This document shows positions 1 to 7,912 of a stretch of DNA of 42,891 bases, in pieces; positions within the stretch are counted from its first letter, which is position 1, and the number at the start of each line of letters is the position of its first letter. Source of the stretch: a virus; the IMG/VR virus record IMGVR_UViG_3300045988_056259; one strand, written 5' to 3'. The translations under genes and the position numbers were made by a program. The notes beneath the pieces are model-generated. The model worked only from the letters and a program-made list of their open reading frames with translations. It had not been told where the DNA came from and did no database searches.

Positions 1-95
1 AGAAAAAGAGAAAGCCGCACAAGTATTCCTTTTTTCAAGAAGTCATAAAGCGCGACGAGGTGGACAGTCTGCCGCCGATACGCCGCAAAAAAAAG
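1..95. repeat. Direct terminal repeat identical to 42797-42891. This is the assembly overlap of a circular or circularly permuted genome with a 42796-bp unit.
   Basis: The first 95 nt (agaaaaagagaaagccgcac...cgccgcaaaaaaaag) recur exactly as the last 95 nt. An ORF crosses the junction in frame. Confidence 0.9.
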
Positions 96-206
96 AAGAG
101 CCTGCCCGTGCGCCAACACGGACAAGCCAAAAGGGTGATGAGTCTCGCCGCCCATCACCACAAAAATACCACAACATGCGGCAAACCGCAAGGAGGTAAA
201 ACGTGA
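1..206 (+). CDS. 3' part of the junction-spanning ORF, with TGA at 204-206.
   Basis: Frame continuity across the repeat (codon aag = 42796-42798 = 0-2). The tail reads ...RRKKKKSLPVRQHGQAKRVMSLAAHHHKNTTTCGKPQGGKT*. Confidence 0.5.
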   Translation, partial: KKRKPHKYSFFQEVIKRDEVDSLPPIRRKKKKSLPVRQHGQAKRVMSLAAHHHKNTTTCGKPQGGKT

Positions 207-283
207 AAACCTTAATTTTTATCGTTCTGTGCGCAAATCTTGGGTATATCGCTCTTGGCTGGCGGCACAACAACAGGAGGTGA
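203..283 (+). CDS. Small hydrophobic peptide of 26 aa, VKTLIFIVLCANLGYIALGWRHNNRR.
   Basis: AGGAGG at 191-196 sits 6 nt before GTG 203. There is a single predicted TM segment. It is too short for the ORF track. Confidence 0.35.
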   Translation: MKTLIFIVLCANLGYIALGWRHNNRR

Positions 284-287
284 GCAC

Positions 288-464
288 ATGGCACTTTTAA
301 AGGTCTATGATGTGACCAAAAAGCAGTCGGATGACCTTGTTTCAGCGCAGAATATCGCAGACGTTTCGGACGCGATCATTATTGCTGACGAACTTGTAAA
401 GCGAGAGCCCGCCTATTTGTACAAGGTATTTGATTCCAGCATGAATGTTGTTTATATGAGGTGA
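288..464 (+). CDS. Hypothetical protein (58 aa).
   Basis: AGGAGG at 275-280 then ATG 288. This is the internal start of track ORF 240..464. Confidence 0.6.
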   Translation: MALLKVYDVTKKQSDDLVSAQNIADVSDAIIIADELVKREPAYLYKVFDSSMNVVYMR

Positions 465-470
465 ATTTTT

Positions 471-1097
471 ATGCAAAGCGATTCACAAAAGCGCCTTGCA
501 AGGCGTGCCAGTATCAAGGAACTTTCCAACAAGGCCGAGGGCATCTATTACTACATCAAGCCGCAAAATATGCTGTTCAGGCTTATCAGTGCTGGCAATG
601 AACTTGCCAGCTCAATCAACGGCGCAGTGGCGTATTTCACGCATTTTGCACAGAACGGCAGCATGGATGATACTGCGAGCCGCGAGGTCATAGACCGCAT
701 CTATCGCAAGGTGGGCAGCATGATGTGCGATATTGACATCATCCACGCTGCAGGCGGTGCAGAAATCATGCCTGAACCGTATGAAAGCATAGATTTTTGT
801 TACATGATTGAGTTTCGCACCCTTCTGCGGGAAGCAGTTATCAATGGTCTGCCGGATGATTACAAAGGCGTGCAGCAGAACCCGACACAAATCCGGCTCA
901 TGAAGCCCGGCGTTGCATATCATGCCACGATTCCAGACGAGTATGATGACCCGTTTTTTGACCAGTTTGTCCGCAAAGAAGAGCAGCGAGACCGGAAAAT
1001 CGTATTCCGGTGCACAAAGTCAGAGCTTGACGCCATCAAGCGTTATGCACATATCATCGATGTAAAATACACTGAGGAGGAGATTCATCATGCCTGA
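471..1097 (+). CDS. Hypothetical early protein (208 aa), immediately upstream of the RecT-like gene.
   Basis: Long ORF, tightly packed, overlapping the next gene. No motif recognised. Confidence 0.7.
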   Translation: MQSDSQKRLARRASIKELSNKAEGIYYYIKPQNMLFRLISAGNELASSINGAVAYFTHFAQNGSMDDTASREVIDRIYRKVGSMMCDIDIIHAAGGAEIMPEPYESIDFCYMIEFRTLLREAVINGLPDDYKGVQQNPTQIRLMKPGVAYHATIPDEYDDPFFDQFVRKEEQRDRKIVFRCTKSELDAIKRYAHIIDVKYTEEEIHHA

Positions 1098-1782
1098 TAT
1101 CAAAATCGAAAAGACCCCTGTTGAGCAGCTTCAGAAGCCCGCAGCGCCCGCAGAAACCCTTACTCCTGTCAATCCCCCTGCCGCACCCGCACATCGCGCC
1201 CTCTCCTATGCTGAGAAAGTGCAGGGATTGACCGCAGACGAACGGATCTGGCAGCTGGCAAAGTCCAAGGCCGTTGCACTGTCCAACCTGCCTGACGGCT
1301 GGCTTCCCAAGACCTACGCCGGAAACGTTGGTGCTTGCGCCATCGCCTGCGACATGGCACAGCGCATGGGAACCACCGAACTGTTTGTGATGCAGAACCT
1401 TTACGTCGTCTACGGTCAGCCTACTTGGAGCGGCAAAAGCTGCAAGGCACTTATCGACAACAGCGGCCAGTTTGCAGGGCGCTCCCGCTATCGCATGGAA
1501 GGTCAAGAGGGCGCGGACACATGGGGCTGCCGCCTGATTGCCGTGGACAAGTTGACCGGCGAAAAGGTAGAAGGACCGAAGGTCACGGTGCAGATGGCAA
1601 AGGATGCAGGCTGGTGGAACAAAAACGGCAGCTACTGGCCTAAGATGACCGAGATGATGCTCAAGTACCGAGCAGCCGCCTATTTTGCCCGCGCTGAGTG
1701 CCCGGAAGTTCTGATGGGCGCAAACATCGACTACGAGGCCGGTGCTGGTGACAGCGCAGATGAGGAGCCGAACCATGCTTAA
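1090..1782 (+). CDS. recT: RecT-family single-strand annealing protein (putative).
   Basis: GAGGAGG RBS. Motifs QNLYVVYGQPTWSGKSCKALI and MAKDAGWWNKNGSYWPKMTEMMLKYRAAAYFAR resemble RecT. It lies adjacent to ssb. Confidence 0.55.
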   Translation: MPDIKIEKTPVEQLQKPAAPAETLTPVNPPAAPAHRALSYAEKVQGLTADERIWQLAKSKAVALSNLPDGWLPKTYAGNVGACAIACDMAQRMGTTELFVMQNLYVVYGQPTWSGKSCKALIDNSGQFAGRSRYRMEGQEGADTWGCRLIAVDKLTGEKVEGPKVTVQMAKDAGWWNKNGSYWPKMTEMMLKYRAAAYFARAECPEVLMGANIDYEAGAGDSADEEPNHA

Positions 1783-2248
1783 CGTTGTAGCAATCATGGG
1801 TCGCCTTGTGGCAGACCCGGAACTCCGCACCACCCAGCAGGGCACCAACGTGTGCACCTTCCGCATTGCTTGCGAGCGTAGCTATACCCCGAAAGGCCAG
1901 CAGCGTCAGGCTGATTTTGTGGATATCGTGGCATGGGGCAAGACCGCCGAATTTATCTGCAAGTTCTTCTAGATGGGCAGCATGATCGCCGTTGAGGGCA
2001 GCTTGCAGACCAGGAATTATCAGGACAAGCAGGGCAACAAGCGCACGGCGGTGGAGGTTCTTGCAAACAATATCAGCTTTGCAGGCGCTAAGGCGGCAGA
2101 TAAGCCCGCTGCGCGAGATTTCGACCAGCAGACGCAAAACTACACCCACGAAGCAAAATCCGCACAGAACGCCCCGCAGCCCGACTACACGCAGGGCAGC
2201 ATGGACGATTTCGCCGTGATAAACGACACCGACGACATGCCGTTCTGA
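1775..2248 (+). CDS. ssb: Single-stranded DNA-binding protein interrupted by one in-frame TAG (1970-1972).
   Basis: MLNVVAIMGRLVADPELR...DFVDIVAWGKTAEFICKFF[TAG]MGSMIAVEGSLQTRNYQDKQGNKRTAVEV...DDMPF. The OB fold is split across two same-frame track ORFs (1742..1972 and 1973..2248). The acidic DDMPF tail is typical of SSB. Confidence 0.85.
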
Positions 2249-2263
2249 AGGAGGAGATAAACA

Positions 2264-3124
2264 ATGAGCGTAAAAGGATATAAAGTTTTTAATTCTGACT
2301 GGACGTGTCGCGGCAAACAGTATTCTTGCCCGGGAACCTTTGAAGAATTTGTAAGTCCGTCTGTCTGCAATGTGGGTATGCACTTCTGCAAGAATGCCGC
2401 CGACTGTTTCCGTTACTATGATTTTGACCCGAATAACCACGTTGCTGAAGTGATCGCCCACGGCACGGTTGCAGAGGGCGGTAACAAGTGTGCAACGAAC
2501 AAGCTGGAAATCGTGCGAGAAATCCCTTGGGCTGAAGTCCTTGAGATCGTGAACACGGGAAAGGCTTGCACTGGACGTTGCAACAGCGGCGACTGGAACA
2601 GCGGCGACCGGAACAGCGGCGACCGGAACAGCGGCAACCGGAACAGCGGCAACCGGAACAGCGGCAACTGGAACAGCGGCGACTGGAACAGCGGCAACCG
2701 GAACAGCGGCAACCGGAACAGCGGCAACCGGAACAGCGGCAACTGTAACAGCGGCGACTGGAACACTACATCCTTTTCCAATGGCTGTTTCAATACGGTA
2801 TCGCCCAAAATCTATATGTTCAACAAGCCTACTGACTGGACGTTTGAGCAGTGGTTTAGCTGCCGTGCCCGGCGTTTGCTGAACGAAATTGACGATTGCC
2901 CGCTTGAGTACGTCTATCTGTCTGATATGACCGATGAGGAAAAGGCGGCGCACCCTGAAGCTGAAACGACTTGCGGTTATTTGAAGGAGCGCACCACAGC
3001 GGACAACGCCCGGAAGTGGTGGGCGGGGCTCAGTGCCGATGATCGAAACGTTATTTTCGGGTTGCCGAACTTCGACGCGGCGATTTTCAAAGAAATCACG
3101 GGGATTGACGTAATCAAAGACTGA
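2264..3124 (+). CDS. Pentapeptide-repeat protein: Cys-rich N-domain, 12 x NSG[DN][WRC], then a C-terminal domain.
   Basis: GGAGGAG RBS. 12 consecutive NSGxx pentapeptides are encoded by a 15-bp tandem repeat. Confidence 0.8.
   Translation: MSVKGYKVFNSDWTCRGKQYSCPGTFEEFVSPSVCNVGMHFCKNAADCFRYYDFDPNNHVAEVIAHGTVAEGGNKCATNKLEIVREIPWAEVLEIVNTGKACTGRCNSGDWNSGDRNSGDRNSGNRNSGNRNSGNWNSGDWNSGNRNSGNRNSGNRNSGNCNSGDWNTTSFSNGCFNTVSPKIYMFNKPTDWTFEQWFSCRARRLLNEIDDCPLEYVYLSDMTDEEKAAHPEAETTCGYLKERTTADNARKWWAGLSADDRNVIFGLPNFDAAIFKEITGIDVIKD
2582..2761 (+). repeat. 15-bp tandem repeat x12 (aacagcggcgactgg-like) encoding the pentapeptide repeats.
   Basis: Read directly from the sequence, in frame with CDS 2264..3124. 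Confidence 0.9.
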
Positions 3125-3253
3125 TACACTTCAAGAGCTGCGCTATCGGGCTATACGGGCGTGCAAGGAAGGAGGTGAGCCGAAACGAAAGAGATAGAAA
3201 AAAAGAGTCTAATTCTCTACAAGTCATGGAAAAAACCGCTGCGTCGACTATCC

Positions 3254-4093
3254 TTGGAACAAAAAGGCCGCATTTTTGAGGCGCTGCTCGATTTTCCTGA
3301 ACAGCCGGAATTTGAAGACCCGATGCTTGTGATGGCATGGGACTTTATGGCTGACGCTCTGGAAGAAAACGATAAAAAGTGGGATGAAATGCGAGAAAAG
3401 CGTTCCGCTGCAGGGCGAAAAGGTGCAGAAGCAACAAACGTCAAACGTCAGCAAAACGCTGCAAATCCGGCAAATGCCGATTTTGCCGGGCAAAAGCAGC
3501 AAAACGCTGCAAATCCGGCAAATGCCGATTTTGCCGGGCAAAAGCAGCAAAACGCGGCAAATACGGCAAATGCCGATTTTGCCGGGCAAAAGCAGCAAAA
3601 CGCGGCAAATACGGCTGTATCTGTTAATGTTAATGGTAATGATACTGTTAATGTTAATGGTAATGATACTGTTAATGTTAATGGTAATGATACTGTTAAT
3701 GCTATATCACCTAACGGTGGTGTATATAATAGCGCCGCCCCCGCCGCAGTTGACGTAGAACTTTCTAAAATCGTCCAGCATTATCAGCAGGCCGTTGGGG
3801 ACTTCCCACGCTCTGCACAGGACAAGCTGCAAAAGTGGCGGCAGGAGTATAGCACAGAGATGATCCTGCTGGCCATCGACAAAGCCGCAGAAGCTGGGAA
3901 GAGGTCATGGAACTACATAAACGGCATTCTTTCCGGGTGGCAGCGGGATGGCATTCAAACGCCGGGGGACGTTTTGGCAAATGAACAGAACAGGCAGAAC
4001 CGGCCGAACCGTAAGCAACCGGCTGAAACGGTTGACGACCAGCTTGCCCGGGTACTGGCAAAAATGGATCGAGAAAGAGGGTTTGAGACATGA
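3254..4093 (+). CDS. DnaD-domain replication initiation protein with an N-terminal LYKSW...LSLEQKGRIFEALL domain. The true 5' end is probably upstream of 3254.
   Basis: The C-terminus KRSWNYINGILSGWQRDGIQTPGDV is DnaD-like. The frame is open back to 3179 and encodes conserved-looking KKSLILYKSWKKPLRRLSLEQKG, but has no ATG/GTG/TTG there. Confidence 0.7.
   Translation: MEQKGRIFEALLDFPEQPEFEDPMLVMAWDFMADALEENDKKWDEMREKRSAAGRKGAEATNVKRQQNAANPANADFAGQKQQNAANPANADFAGQKQQNAANTANADFAGQKQQNAANTAVSVNVNGNDTVNVNGNDTVNVNGNDTVNAISPNGGVYNSAAPAAVDVELSKIVQHYQQAVGDFPRSAQDKLQKWRQEYSTEMILLAIDKAAEAGKRSWNYINGILSGWQRDGIQTPGDVLANEQNRQNRPNRKQPAETVDDQLARVLAKMDRERGFET
3449..3613 (+). repeat. 48-bp tandem repeat, about 3.4 copies (QQNAANPANADFAGQK units), inside the DnaD-like CDS.
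   Basis: Near-identical copies at 3449, 3497 and 3545, plus a partial fourth. Confidence 0.85.
3623..3700 (+). repeat. 24-bp AT-rich tandem repeat x3 plus a partial copy (VNVNGNDT units), inside the DnaD-like CDS.
   Basis: gttaatgttaatggtaatgatact is repeated exactly three times. Confidence 0.9.
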
Positions 4094-4659
4094 CACGGGA
4101 GGACGTGGCAAAGCTGATCCGAATGAATTTCACGCTGTATAAGCTTGGTGCAAAGCCTCTGACCGACGAGGAGATGGAAACCACCATTGACGTGTGGGCT
4201 TACCAGTTTGGCGATTATGACGGCGATACTGTCAAGAGGGCTTTTCTGGCTGCAAACCGGGTGTGCGTCTACCCTATTACGGTAGCTGACATCTTTAAGC
4301 AGCTTTCCCAGAGCCTTGACCCTTCTGCCGAGTGGGATGCTCTGGCCGCTGCCGCGCATAAAGCACAGACGTTTTTGAGCTGGCGCAAGTTCCCTATGGT
4401 CATTGGCATTGACGAAAAGGGCGGTCTGTTGCGCAGCGATGGGCAGAAAGAGCTGCAAGCCCTGTATGACCAACTCCCCCCGGCGGCAAAATCCTATGCC
4501 GGGAGCGTTGGAGGGCTTGCAGAGCTGGCTGAAATGCCAGACCTTACATACCGCCGTGCCGAATTTTTGAAGCAGGCGCAGGCCGATATCACTACCGCCC
4601 CGCGTGAAGCTGCAAGGCTGCGGGCGAGTGAGCCGCTAAGGAAGGAGATTGAAAAATGA
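4090..4659 (+). CDS. Replication-module protein, possibly a G39P-like helicase loader.
   Basis: ATGA overlap with the DnaD-like gene. The position and the motif WAYQFGDYDGDTVKRAFLAANRVCVYPITVADIFKQL suggest a loader, but the similarity is weak. Confidence 0.4.
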   Translation: MTREDVAKLIRMNFTLYKLGAKPLTDEEMETTIDVWAYQFGDYDGDTVKRAFLAANRVCVYPITVADIFKQLSQSLDPSAEWDALAAAAHKAQTFLSWRKFPMVIGIDEKGGLLRSDGQKELQALYDQLPPAAKSYAGSVGGLAELAEMPDLTYRRAEFLKQAQADITTAPREAARLRASEPLRKEIEK

Positions 4660-4994
4660 GCGAATTTATCGACCGTGAAAAAGCCATCGCAAACATCAAA
4701 GCGGCATATTGCTGTGGTTGCGAAAATTACAACGGCGTAAGATGCCGCGCATGTCAGATTATGGACGCGATGGATGTGCTGGAAGATGAACCGGCAGTCG
4801 TCCCGGACGTCCAGCGCTGGCGCAAGACCGCAGAAGAGCCGCCGGCTGAAAAAGATTCTGCGCACGGAAATGTTCTCGTGAAGTACATGGATGCGACTTT
4901 TGCTCAATCAGCAACGTGGGACACCGTGGCAAGTGCGCCAGATCTTTTCACGCTTTGGATGCCGATGCCTAAGCCGCCGGAGGCACTCAGATGA
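4656..4994 (+). CDS. Hypothetical protein with a Cys cluster (CCGCENYNGVRCRAC).
   Basis: GGAAGGAG RBS and overlapping stop/start on both sides. Confidence 0.6.
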   Translation: MSEFIDREKAIANIKAAYCCGCENYNGVRCRACQIMDAMDVLEDEPAVVPDVQRWRKTAEEPPAEKDSAHGNVLVKYMDATFAQSATWDTVASAPDLFTLWMPMPKPPEALR

Positions 4995-5206
4995 CGTGCA
5001 AGACCTGCAAAGACTGCCCCGCCCGGTATCCTGCCTGCCATGACCACTGTCCGCAGTTTACCGCTTGGCGCATAGAACACGCAAAAGAGACGGACTATAA
5101 CCGGCAAATGACCGTGTCAGGCAGGGTCTATCACTACGGCTACGAGGACAAGCACCGGGAGAAGGGCAAGAAAAAATATTTGGGCAAAAACGGAGGAGAC
5201 AAATGA
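4991..5206 (+). CDS. Small Cys-rich hypothetical protein (71 aa).
   Basis: ATGA overlap. Sequence CKTCKDCPARYPACHDHC. Confidence 0.55.
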   Translation: MTCKTCKDCPARYPACHDHCPQFTAWRIEHAKETDYNRQMTVSGRVYHYGYEDKHREKGKKKYLGKNGGDK

Positions 5207-6363
5207 AAACCGTACAGGAAATTATGGCTGAAAACGGTTCCTTAGCGAACATCGAGCGTTTTCAGACAATGCAGAAGTGGAATTACAAGCGCAAGGTTGC
5301 GCACGCACAGGAAATGGCAGAAGCGTTCTATTGCTGGGCTAAGGATCACGACAAGGGCGTTCATCTGTCAGTGGGCGGTCTGGATTCCATCACGCTGCAT
5401 TACTTTTTGGAGAGCATCGGGCTTCCCGTCACCTGTGTGTCCTGCTCATCGCTGGAGGGCAAGGGCGTGCAGCAGGTGCATAAGAAGATTGCAGCAGAGA
5501 TGGAATCCGAATACCAAAACTGGATGGGCGATGGTGAGGCTCCATCCTTCGTTTTCCTGAAGCCGCTGAAAAGCAAGGTGCAGGTCTTACAGGAGTTTGG
5601 ATGGCCGGTCATCAGCAAAGAAAAGGCGGGCAAGATCATGCTGTTGCAAAACCCGACAGAGCAAAACGCCACCGTGCGCCATGCAATCATTACCGGGGAG
5701 ACCGGAGAATATGGCGGATGGCAGAAAAAAAGCCGGATGAAGCTGCCGCAGAAGTGGCTTGACTTGTTTGGTGGCGCAGATGCAGAAGGTGCAGCGCTTG
5801 GATATCAGGCAGCGCCGTTCAAAGTGTCAGACCGGTGCTGCTACTACCTCAAGGAAAAGCCGTGTAACGACTGGGCAAGGGAGCATAACAGCGTTCCATA
5901 CATGGGGCTTATGGCAAGCGAGGGGGGGCGGCGCGAGAAAAGCCTGAAGATGCACGGCTGCAACTATTTCGGCAAGACCACCACACGCAGCGCACCCTTT
6001 GCCATATTTGACCGACAAGACGTCTTGCAGCTTGCGCTTGACCTTGACGTGCCCGTGCCTGCCGAATACGGCGAGATCGCAAAAGACAGAGACGGCAAGC
6101 TATACACCACAAAGGCACAGCGTACTGGCTGTACTATGTGCGGGTTTGGCATCCACATCGAGGGCAGACCACACCGGTTCGATGTTCTGCGCGAGACGAA
6201 CCCCAAAGAATGGGAGTTTTGGATGAAGCACGTCTGCCGGGATGAAAACGGAAATTGGTACGGCTGGGGGCGCGTTCTGGACTACATCGGCATCGGCTGG
6301 GAAGATGTGCCGGAACAGGCAGTGCAAATGCACATTGATGATCTGATGGAGGATGTGAAGTGA
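5203..6363 (+). CDS. PAPS-reductase/ATP-pyrophosphatase family protein, phage type.
   Basis: The N-terminal segment GVHLSVGGLDSITLHYF resembles the SGGKDS PP-loop. The size and Cys-rich C-terminus (GCTMCGFG) fit phage PAPS-reductase-like proteins. Confidence 0.55.
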   Translation: MKTVQEIMAENGSLANIERFQTMQKWNYKRKVAHAQEMAEAFYCWAKDHDKGVHLSVGGLDSITLHYFLESIGLPVTCVSCSSLEGKGVQQVHKKIAAEMESEYQNWMGDGEAPSFVFLKPLKSKVQVLQEFGWPVISKEKAGKIMLLQNPTEQNATVRHAIITGETGEYGGWQKKSRMKLPQKWLDLFGGADAEGAALGYQAAPFKVSDRCCYYLKEKPCNDWAREHNSVPYMGLMASEGGRREKSLKMHGCNYFGKTTTRSAPFAIFDRQDVLQLALDLDVPVPAEYGEIAKDRDGKLYTTKAQRTGCTMCGFGIHIEGRPHRFDVLRETNPKEWEFWMKHVCRDENGNWYGWGRVLDYIGIGWEDVPEQAVQMHIDDLMEDVK

Positions 6364-6559
6364 TAAAAAATCATACACTGTTCTTCCTTGCCCAAAATGT
6401 GGAAGTGGATTTCTTGCGTGGGGAAAGAAAATCAAGACCAGCAATCCGAAGATAACAGTGTTGTCAGCCCCGGGGACTGAAATTTGTTGCCTGATGTGCG
6501 GTCATTACGCACCAACACTCAAGCAGTGGAACGGCGAGGAACGAAAGAAATGCACTTAA
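6359..6559 (+). pseudogene. Lar-like zinc-ribbon ORF with no in-frame start codon, so either frame-disrupted or recoded.
   Basis: Frame 2 reads SDKKSYTVLPCPKCGSGFLAWGKK...CCLMCGHYAPTLKQWNGEERKKCT*. This is the same CPxCG...CxxCG...WN layout as the Lar-like gene at 40186. The only nearby start is GTG 6360, in the +1-offset frame just before an A6 run. Confidence 0.45.
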
Positions 6560-6921
6560 CCCTTTACGGTGACCCACGCACCAAGAAAAACAGCGCCCGC
6601 ATCCTGCAAGGGCGCGGAGGGCGGCGCTTTGTAGCCCCAAGCGCGGCGTTTGAGGAATACCAGACAAAGTGCCTATGGTGGATAAAAGCCCCGCCTGAGC
6701 CTATTTCTGCCCGCGTGAACGTGCGGTGCGTATACTACATGGCTACCCGGCGCAAGGTTGACCTTGCAAACCTGATCGAGGCCACCTGCGACATACTGGT
6801 AAAGGCCGGTGTGCTGGCAGATGACAACAGCCGCATCGTTGCCGCCCACGATGGCAGCCGGGTGGACTACGACAAGCAAAACCCCAGAGTGGAGATCTGG
6901 ATTGAGGAAATGGAGGAGTAA
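6550..6921 (+). CDS. rusA: RusA-family Holliday junction resolvase.
   Basis: MHLTLYGDPRTKKNS...DLANLIEATCDILVKAGVLADDNSRIV...NPRVEIWIEE matches the RusA pattern. Confidence 0.75.
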   Translation: MHLTLYGDPRTKKNSARILQGRGGRRFVAPSAAFEEYQTKCLWWIKAPPEPISARVNVRCVYYMATRRKVDLANLIEATCDILVKAGVLADDNSRIVAAHDGSRVDYDKQNPRVEIWIEEMEE

Positions 6922-6922
6922 A

Positions 6923-7222
6923 ATGCTTGATATGCTATTTGAAGTTGCAAGCACGCTGTTCATGGCAACACTTGCAGGATTTTTCATCTGGTTTGTTCTT
7001 AGCGATGGCAACCCAATTGAATATTTCAAGCGGTGGCTCAACCGCAACAAACCTTGCCTTTGCGACCGGTGCGTTTTCTTAAATCAAAAATTTGGGGCGT
7101 CAGAATCCGGATATCACTATATCTGCCGGAGAAGTGACAAAGACGAAGGATACATAAATCCGCCCGAATATTGCCACGATTTTGAAGAAAGGAGCAACAA
7201 TGACCCGCACATGGACACCTGA
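6923..7222 (+). CDS. Small membrane-anchored protein (99 aa).
   Basis: GGAGGAG RBS, ATG 6923, N-terminal TM segment FEVASTLFMATLAGFFIWFVL. Confidence 0.55.
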   Translation: MLDMLFEVASTLFMATLAGFFIWFVLSDGNPIEYFKRWLNRNKPCLCDRCVFLNQKFGASESGYHYICRRSDKDEGYINPPEYCHDFEERSNNDPHMDT

Positions 7223-7721
7223 AAACGAACAGCCAAAGCCGCGAACCGGCGTGGACTACCACACGGTCAAGGCGTGGTTCCAGCAGTGCCGGGATATGGC
7301 AGCGGCGGTTGAAGCCCAAAAGCAGAAGATCCAGCGCATCCGGGAAGTTGCCGAAAAGACCACCCCAAGCCTGAACGGGATGCCCGGCGGCGGTGGTGCC
7401 GGTGACAAGGTGGGACTTGCTGCAACGGATATCACGGACGAGCAGCGCCGTCTGCAGCAGATGGAAACAGACCTGTGCCTGCTGCGCATTGAAGCCACCC
7501 GGAGGGCGTACTGTATCACGGCAAGCAAATCCAGCAAAAAGCAGGCTGACTGCCTGTGCCTGTACTACGTCAAGAACAAAAAGCAGCGTGAGGTCTGCGA
7601 GGAACTGGGGCTTTCGGAAGAAAACCAGGTCTCCATCTACATCAAGTGGGGCAGCATCTATCTGGCAGAGATTTGGGACAGCTTCGGCAATGTTGCACAA
7701 ACCGCACAAAGCCCGCCCTGA
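7200..7721 (+). CDS. Sigma-70 region-4-like / ArpU-RinA-DUF1492-like late transcription regulator (putative).
   Basis: The C-terminal segment DCLCLYYVKNKKQREVCEELGLSEENQVSIYIKWGSIYL is an r4-type HTH. It is the last early gene before the tRNA block and terminase. Confidence 0.45.
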   Translation: MTRTWTPENEQPKPRTGVDYHTVKAWFQQCRDMAAAVEAQKQKIQRIREVAEKTTPSLNGMPGGGGAGDKVGLAATDITDEQRRLQQMETDLCLLRIEATRRAYCITASKSSKKQADCLCLYYVKNKKQREVCEELGLSEENQVSIYIKWGSIYLAEIWDSFGNVAQTAQSPP

Positions 7722-7912
7722 TTTTTTGCAATGCACCTTCATACTGCAAATATCCAACTAAAACAGGCATTGTGCTAAAATTGGTATAAGCGGAACCGCC
7801 GAAAGCGGTGAGACGCTTGCCACGCAGTCTCCGAAACGAATCCCCCCAAAATGCTTTCCTCCCAAGGCTTGACAGGCATTTTTCTCCCTCTCGTTTCGCG
7901 GGCTGCTTCTAT

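Noticed and set aside
3220-3223. CAA-G in the short GTG-initiated ORF, considered as the +1 quadruplet site for the 8-nt-loop tRNA.
   Set aside because: The conserved-looking peptide SLILYKSW is already in the downstream frame before this codon. Any shift must therefore occur earlier, at the A7 run, and this CAA cannot be the junction.
2582-3700. Tandem repeats at 2582-2761, 3449-3613 and 3623-3700, considered as a possible CRISPR array or minisatellite.
   Set aside because: The units are contiguous with no spacers, are in frame, and encode peptide repeats within clear CDSs.
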